A stretch of 31,910 nt of DNA from an uncultured Desulfococcus sp. GTDB lineage: Bacteria; Desulfobacterota; Desulfobacteria; Desulfobacterales; Desulfosalsimonadaceae. Position numbers and translations under genes: made by a program. Shown here piece by piece: positions 27,151-31,910 of the stretch. The DNA is taken from NCBI GenBank assembly GCA_964594105.1, contig CAZQLG010000001.1, positions 1 through 31,910 on the forward strand. Reading direction: 5' to 3'. Every line of letters starts with the position of its first letter. Within the stretch, counting starts at the first letter, position 1. The notes beneath the pieces were generated by a model. The model was given only the letters and a program-made list of their open reading frames with translations, was not told the origin of the DNA and did no database searches.

Positions 27151-27585
27151 ATGGGTCTTTTCTTTAAACGCCTTCTTAAATTTTTTAATCGGTCTTCTGG
27201 TCAGAAATATGAAGCCCCGCCAGATTTGAAATCGTATAAAAGATCCTTTAATCGTTTCCCCATTGAATTTGAAGTTATTGCATCTGTTCTTGATGGTGAC
27301 GCACATCGTGACACTGAAAGAAGTGAACTCCATGATGTGTCCGGTGGGGGCGCCATGTTTATCTCATGCTGGCCCGAAAGGTATTATCCGGGACAGCTTT
27401 TGAAACTGGATATTTTTTTAACCGGGACGGAAGATGTTCGCGCCTGCATTAAAACCGAGGCCTCTGTTGTCCGTATCCATCAAATTGAGATTAATGGTCA
27501 GAAAAGAACAGGTATTGCAGTAAAATTTCATAAGCCTTTTGAATTTGAAAGAATGGATCGTTCTTTTTTCGGTAATCTACCATGA
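27151..27585 (+). CDS. Stand-alone PilZ-domain protein with intact c-di-GMP motifs, 144 aa
   Basis: RSFNR (RxxxR), DVSGGG (DxSxxG), ASVVRI, GIAVKF. Confidence 0.88.
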   Translation: MGLFFKRLLKFFNRSSGQKYEAPPDLKSYKRSFNRFPIEFEVIASVLDGDAHRDTERSELHDVSGGGAMFISCWPERYYPGQLLKLDIFLTGTEDVRACIKTEASVVRIHQIEINGQKRTGIAVKFHKPFEFERMDRSFFGNLP

Positions 27586-28658
27586 AACAAACGTATCGCC
27601 GTGACTACAATACGATAGGCGGTAAGATGCTGGCTGCCCTGGCGCTTATGGCCGTCATTCCTTACCTTTTACTTTTTTATTTGTATCTAATCGACAAGAT
27701 TTCGATTTCCGAGACAATTGTTTTGTATTTTCCCATCATTCTGATTTCAACTGTTACCGGCTATTCCCTGATTCGAAGATCTGCGGACAACATATTCTAT
27801 TTGAGCAGGGAAACACGCCTGGCTGAAAACGGCGAGAAAAGCGAGCCGATTCAGATTGAGGCGGACCGGGAATTAAACGAGATTGCGGCGCATTTTAATT
27901 CTCTGATAGGCAAAATGGATAAGATGAAACGCAAAAATCAGGAGCAGGCTACCCAGTTGATGGTTTATTCCCGGGATTTGGCTTTATCTTATCAGAAAAC
28001 AAAACAGGAAGAAGAACTCAGAAATCGGTTGAGCCGGTATGTGGGGAATAATCTGGTTGAAAAGCTGATTGATTTAAAAGGCGGCGGGCTGGTTGATACC
28101 GAAAGACGCCGGGTGACGGTTCTTTTTGCGGACATCCGTTCTTTTACCACCATTGCTGAACGCATGACGGCTGAAGATGTGGTTTTGATGCTTAATCAGT
28201 ACTTTAGCATAATGGTCGATATTATTTTTAAAAACAATGGATTGTTGGATAAATTTGTCGGGGATCAACTCATTGCTGTTTTTGGACTTGTGGATGCGTC
28301 GGGGAATGCGGCTGAAAATGCCATTCGAAGCGCCATTGAGATGCAGGAGGCCATCGAAGAAATGATGAAAAAAAGACTCCTGGCCAATCAGGAGCTTTTT
28401 GAAACCGGTATCGGCATCAATACCGGCAATGCGATTATCGGAAACATCGGGTCCTTAAACAGGATGGATTACACGGTTATCGGTGATAGTGTGAATGTCG
28501 CCGCACGGCTGGAGGAGATGGCCATTGGCGGCGAAATTATTATCGGAGAACAGACATTTCTGGAAAATCCGGGTGAATTTAATATTGAAAGCAGAGGTGA
28601 GGTTTATGTAAAGAACAAAATGGAGCCGGTCATCTGTTATAATGTAATCCGAGATTAA
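27582..28658 (+). CDS. Class III adenylate cyclase with 2 TM helices and HAMP-like linker, 358 aa
   Basis: LFADIRSFT, DKFVGDQ, GIGINTG, RMDYTVIGDSVNVAARLE: metal-binding Asp pair, ATP-specifying Lys/Asp and transition-state Asn/Arg all present. ATGA overlap with the PilZ gene. Confidence 0.92.
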   Translation: MKQTYRRDYNTIGGKMLAALALMAVIPYLLLFYLYLIDKISISETIVLYFPIILISTVTGYSLIRRSADNIFYLSRETRLAENGEKSEPIQIEADRELNEIAAHFNSLIGKMDKMKRKNQEQATQLMVYSRDLALSYQKTKQEEELRNRLSRYVGNNLVEKLIDLKGGGLVDTERRRVTVLFADIRSFTTIAERMTAEDVVLMLNQYFSIMVDIIFKNNGLLDKFVGDQLIAVFGLVDASGNAAENAIRSAIEMQEAIEEMMKKRLLANQELFETGIGINTGNAIIGNIGSLNRMDYTVIGDSVNVAARLEEMAIGGEIIIGEQTFLENPGEFNIESRGEVYVKNKMEPVICYNVIRD

Positions 28659-28838
28659 AGCAACGCCGGCGGATATTGCGGCCCGGTGGATTCGTAGAAT
28701 TAGACGCGGATCCGTTTGCCAAAGCGGTTCTGGTTAAACGTTGGAATCTACACCGGTGAGCCGGTGCCCCCGGAAGCTGTTTCAGCTGATGATCTAAGAA
28801 GACGCGTTTTTGCATTGTGAAAGGATTATAAATAAATA

Positions 28839-29612
28839 ATGAACCCCGTTTCATCCCGGTCGATACGGACCGGAATAGTCCGGCTTTTTCTGGCCGGGTT
28901 TCTGTTAATCCCTCTCAATATTCATGCCTCAGGTGAAGATAAAACGGATAAACCGGCGTCGCAAACCAATGAGCATGTAATCCTTTTGCATGGCATGGGT
29001 CGAACAAAATTTTCCCTGCGCAAGCTGGAAGTTTATCTTTCCGAACATGGATATCAGACAATCAATGATGGGTATCCATCCACCCGTTCATCGGTGAAAA
29101 AAATATCGGATGAATATTTTCACAAAATGGTGAACCAATGCCGGGAGAATGGCGCAGACAAGATACACATTGTTACTCATTCTTTGGGCGGGATTGTTGT
29201 CCGGCAGTACCTTCAGAATCATTTACTTCCGGAAGGCAGTCGGATTGTCATGATCAGCCCGCCAAATAAGGGGAGCGAACTGGCAGATTTATTTCGGACC
29301 TGGTTTATTTATGAATGGCTTAACGGGCCGGCCGGGCAAGTGCTTGGCACAGAACCGGGGAGCCTTCCGAATTCTTTAAAGCCGGTAAGCGCAGAGATTG
29401 GTGTTATTACCGGTGACAGTACATTGAATCCTTTATATTCATTTATAATTCCCGGTGACGATGATGGCAAGGTGTCTGTGGAAAGTGCGAAACTGGACAA
29501 ACTGGCGGATTTTTTGGTCGTGTCGAGCAGTCATTCGTTTATTATGCAGCATCCGGAAGTAATGAAGCAGGTGGTTATTTTTTTGGAAAATGGAAAATTT
29601 GATCACAGGTAG
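28839..29612 (+). CDS. Secreted alpha/beta hydrolase (lipase/esterase-like), 257 aa
   Basis: Signal peptide ending NIHA; ILLHGMG, THSLGG nucleophile elbow, DDGKV, SHSFIM. Confidence 0.88.
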   Translation: MNPVSSRSIRTGIVRLFLAGFLLIPLNIHASGEDKTDKPASQTNEHVILLHGMGRTKFSLRKLEVYLSEHGYQTINDGYPSTRSSVKKISDEYFHKMVNQCRENGADKIHIVTHSLGGIVVRQYLQNHLLPEGSRIVMISPPNKGSELADLFRTWFIYEWLNGPAGQVLGTEPGSLPNSLKPVSAEIGVITGDSTLNPLYSFIIPGDDDGKVSVESAKLDKLADFLVVSSSHSFIMQHPEVMKQVVIFLENGKFDHR

Positions 29613-29676
29613 AAAGATACAAAATGGTAGCCGTTCACGGGGGGTACAACTGCTGATGCATTTCCAACCGATGAAC

Positions 29677-29786
29677 TGTAAGCATTCACAGGGTGCTGTA
29701 GATGTGAGGCGCCGAGCGCATAGACGTATTTTTGTACTTCAAGTGCTCGGCAACAAAGCAGATGCGGTGCCCTGTGAATGCTTACA
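29677..29786. repeat. 110-bp nested palindromic element between convergent genes
   Basis: Perfect 17-bp arms tgtaagcattcacaggg (29677-29693) / ccctgtgaatgcttaca (29770-29786), extendable by 7 bp with G.U pairs; inner stem gccgagcgc (29711-29719) / gtgctcggc (29743-29751). Confidence 0.8.
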
Positions 29787-29792
29787 CAAAAT

Positions 29793-30596
29793 TTAAGGTT
29801 TTTGATAGTAACCCATGGCTTCCGGCACCAGAGACCGAATGTTTTGTATACGCTTTTTGTCTGATGGATGGGTGCTTAAAAATTCCGGCGGTGCCGAGCC
29901 CCCTTTTTGGGCTGCCATCCGTTGCCAGAAACCAATGGCGGCATTTGGATCATAACCGGCCATGGACATAAAAATCAGGCCCAAATGGTCGGCTTCATTT
30001 TCATGAAGACGGCTGTAAGGTAGCATCAATCCATATTGGGCGCCCAGTCCGTACACAGCCATCCAGAGCTGCTGGGTGGCAGCCGGTTCTGTCTCAAGGG
30101 CCGTTGATAAAGCCACACCACCCATTTGCGCAATTAATCCCTGGCTCATGCGTTCATTACCATGCTGGGCGATGGCATGGGCAATCTCATGCCCCATGAC
30201 AACCGCCAGTCCGGTTTCATTTTTTGTCAGCGGCAGGATGCCGGTATAGACGACCACTTTTCCCCCGGGCATGCACCATGCGTTAATTTCATTGCTTTCA
30301 ACCAGGTTAAATTCCCATGCATAATCTGACAATTCATCGCTCATGTTATTTTGTGCAAAATATTGTTCTACCGCTTTTTGAATTCTTAAACCCGCTTGTT
30401 TAACCATAAGGGTCTGTGCCTGATTGTTGCTTAATTGATTTTCCTTTAAAAATTGGTCGTATTCGGCAAGGCTCATGGAGAGCATTGTCCCCTGCGGCAG
30501 CAGATTGAGCTGGTGCCGGCCGGTAATCGGAACTGTACTACAGGCGATTAGAAATATTCCGATGATTGCGATCAGGATTATTTTTATATTTTTCAT
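29793..30596 (-). CDS. M48 family metallopeptidase lipoprotein (YggG/LoiP-like), about 267 aa
   Basis: Lipobox FLIAC, INAWCMPGGK, GHEIAH (HExxH), ENEAD, FLSTHP. Start moved to 30596 (AAGGAG RBS). Confidence 0.92.
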   Translation of the reverse strand: MKNIKIILIAIIGIFLIACSTVPITGRHQLNLLPQGTMLSMSLAEYDQFLKENQLSNNQAQTLMVKQAGLRIQKAVEQYFAQNNMSDELSDYAWEFNLVESNEINAWCMPGGKVVVYTGILPLTKNETGLAVVMGHEIAHAIAQHGNERMSQGLIAQMGGVALSTALETEPAATQQLWMAVYGLGAQYGLMLPYSRLHENEADHLGLIFMSMAGYDPNAAIGFWQRMAAQKGGSAPPEFLSTHPSDKKRIQNIRSLVPEAMGYYQKP

Positions 30597-30626
30597 ATGG
30601 GCTCCTTTGTTAAATGAATTACCATG

Positions 30627-30718
30627 AAATAACTCATTCATAAACATTTGAAATGGTGGACAAGTTATTTTTTGATATAGTGGTGATTCGTCACCATGAA
30701 AAACTTTTTATGAAAGCC
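30627..30718 (+). repeat. About 92-bp repeat, copy 1 (inverted relative to 31728-31820)
   Basis: 81/88 identical to the reverse complement of the 31728-31820 copy before a 1-nt indel; contains the kinase TAA stop (30708-30710). Confidence 0.92.
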
Positions 30719-31622
30719 CTGCAGATATGCAGGTTTTTAAATCAGCAACAATTTCATCCACAGATTCGTAAAAGATATCTGCGCCCAGCGTAAAATGGGC
30801 CAGGATATCATTCAAGCCGGTGGGGATATAAGGGTAGAGCTTTTTTAAGTTCATAAACCGCCATTTGTGGACAATGGAGAAATCCTCCGGTTCAACCTTT
30901 GAGATGAGGTCCTTGTAAAGCAGGTTTCCGCTTGCTTTATCTTTTTCTTTCAGGTTGTGAAACCCTTTTCCGATGGCATACGTCAGAATATTTCCAATGC
31001 CAATGAGGTCTAAGCTGAACGGGTTTTCCACGGAATCGAAATCATAGTCAAAGTCTATCCAGACGTAGTTTCCGGTTCCTTTTTCTATGATGATATGGTC
31101 ATTTCTGATGTCGCCATGTTTGAAACCGTTATTATGAAGCAGCCGCAATGATTCAAAAAGCGTTACCAGTTTTTTGAGTATGCCCGGTAGCAGTTGCTCC
31201 ACATACTGTTTATGATCCGTTTGGATGGCGTTTATATAAAGATAAAAGTTTTTTCCATAAACAACATCCAGCACCCGTACATTGTTGTTTTTTTCATCAT
31301 GATAAGCGGTGCCATGCATGAAATGGGGATGCTTGCCCACCAGTTGAAGCACTTTGCCTTCTTTTTCCGGGTGCCTGAAACAAGGGATGGTGACATGGCC
31401 GATTTTTGTTTCAAATGATTCAAAAAAGGACAGCTTGATAATCTTGCGTTCCCCGGTATCCGTGTCCACGGCCTTTTTAACCCAGAATTTTGGCTCGTCA
31501 AGCCCGAACCGATCTTCCCGTTCATGCCCTTTAATAAGGTAGCGCTTGTTGCCGACGTGGATGAAATCGCCGTAGTCAATAGCAAAAAAGTTGGTGGTGT
31601 CCGTGAATATTCGTTCTTTCAT
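30708..31622 (-). CDS. Atypical Ser/Thr protein kinase-like protein, 304 aa
   Basis: KIIKL (beta3 Lys), EKEG (helix C Glu), HGDIRNDH (catalytic loop), WIDFD (DFG-like). Confidence 0.75.
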   Translation of the reverse strand: MKERIFTDTTNFFAIDYGDFIHVGNKRYLIKGHEREDRFGLDEPKFWVKKAVDTDTGERKIIKLSFFESFETKIGHVTIPCFRHPEKEGKVLQLVGKHPHFMHGTAYHDEKNNNVRVLDVVYGKNFYLYINAIQTDHKQYVEQLLPGILKKLVTLFESLRLLHNNGFKHGDIRNDHIIIEKGTGNYVWIDFDYDFDSVENPFSLDLIGIGNILTYAIGKGFHNLKEKDKASGNLLYKDLISKVEPEDFSIVHKWRFMNLKKLYPYIPTGLNDILAHFTLGADIFYESVDEIVADLKTCISAGLS

Positions 31623-31727
31623 TTGTGGTTCCGTTGTTTTCTGCCGGGATGGTAAAAAATTATTGTGTGTGGTTATGCGACGTTAACCATTGACGCGAAA
31701 AGTGCTCTTTTATGAAAATTAACGTTA

Positions 31728-31820
31728 ATGGCTTCGTAAAAAGCTTTTCATGGTGACGAGTCACCACTATATCAGCAAATAACTTGTCCATCATTTCAAA
31801 TGTTTATGGATGAGTTATTT
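31728..31820 (-). repeat. About 93-bp repeat, copy 2
   Basis: Reverse complement aaataactcatccataaacatttgaaatgatggacaagttatttgctgatatagtggtgactcgtcaccatgaaaagctttttacgaagccat; contains two internal palindromes. Confidence 0.92.
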
Positions 31821-31910
31821 GGAAGTGTTCCCCCCGGCCACGTCCGGGACCGAGTCTATAAATAACTTTTGAAAAAATGGTTAAAAATTAAGTTAACACC
31901 TTGTTAATAA

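Noticed and set aside
30597-30647. 17-aa N-terminal extension of the M48 ORF
   Set aside because: It runs into the 30627 repeat; the RBS and lipoprotein signal fit a start at 30596.
31750-31767. TGGTGA-N4-TCACCA as a CRP site tied to the adenylate cyclase
   Set aside because: CRP sites are TGTGA-N6-TCACA; both half-site and spacing differ.
30627-31820. Classical composite transposon around the kinase
   Set aside because: No transposase, the IS-like ends face inward rather than outward, and no target-site duplication was evident; kept only as an inverted-repeat finding.

Overview
Chromosomal window from what is most likely a sulfate-reducing deltaproteobacterium (Desulfobacterota, Desulfobacterales-like; inferred from gene content only). 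It has no rRNA, CRISPR array, integrase or transposase. The left half is mostly metabolic and housekeeping: a minus-strand enoyl-CoA hydratase / paaK / ACT / ABC substrate-binding operon, tRNA-Arg(TCT), rpoH with a TPR lipoprotein and a LolB-like lipoprotein, a RimK-like ligase / dGTPase-like / UPF0280 trio, lapA-like, mutS, an amidase and purB. The most interesting part is a co-oriented cluster of about 10.7 kb (17918-28658). It contains mglB, mglA (Ras-like GTPase), two unknown proteins, a Zn-ribbon/Cache/HAMP membrane receptor with no output domain, a tandem PATAN-like protein, an orphan REC-PATAN regulator, a second roadblock protein, a TPR-fused PilB/GspE ATPase with a degenerate MshEN domain, a canonical PilZ protein and an adenylate cyclase. 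I read this as a candidate receptor-coupled small-GTPase signalling system wired to a pilus/secretion motor (inference). The intergenic DNA carries many palindromic MITE/REP-like elements. Four of them overlap gene stop codons, and two form a 92%-identical inverted pair around an atypical protein-kinase gene. All family assignments were made by eye from motifs; no HMM, BLAST or folding program was run.
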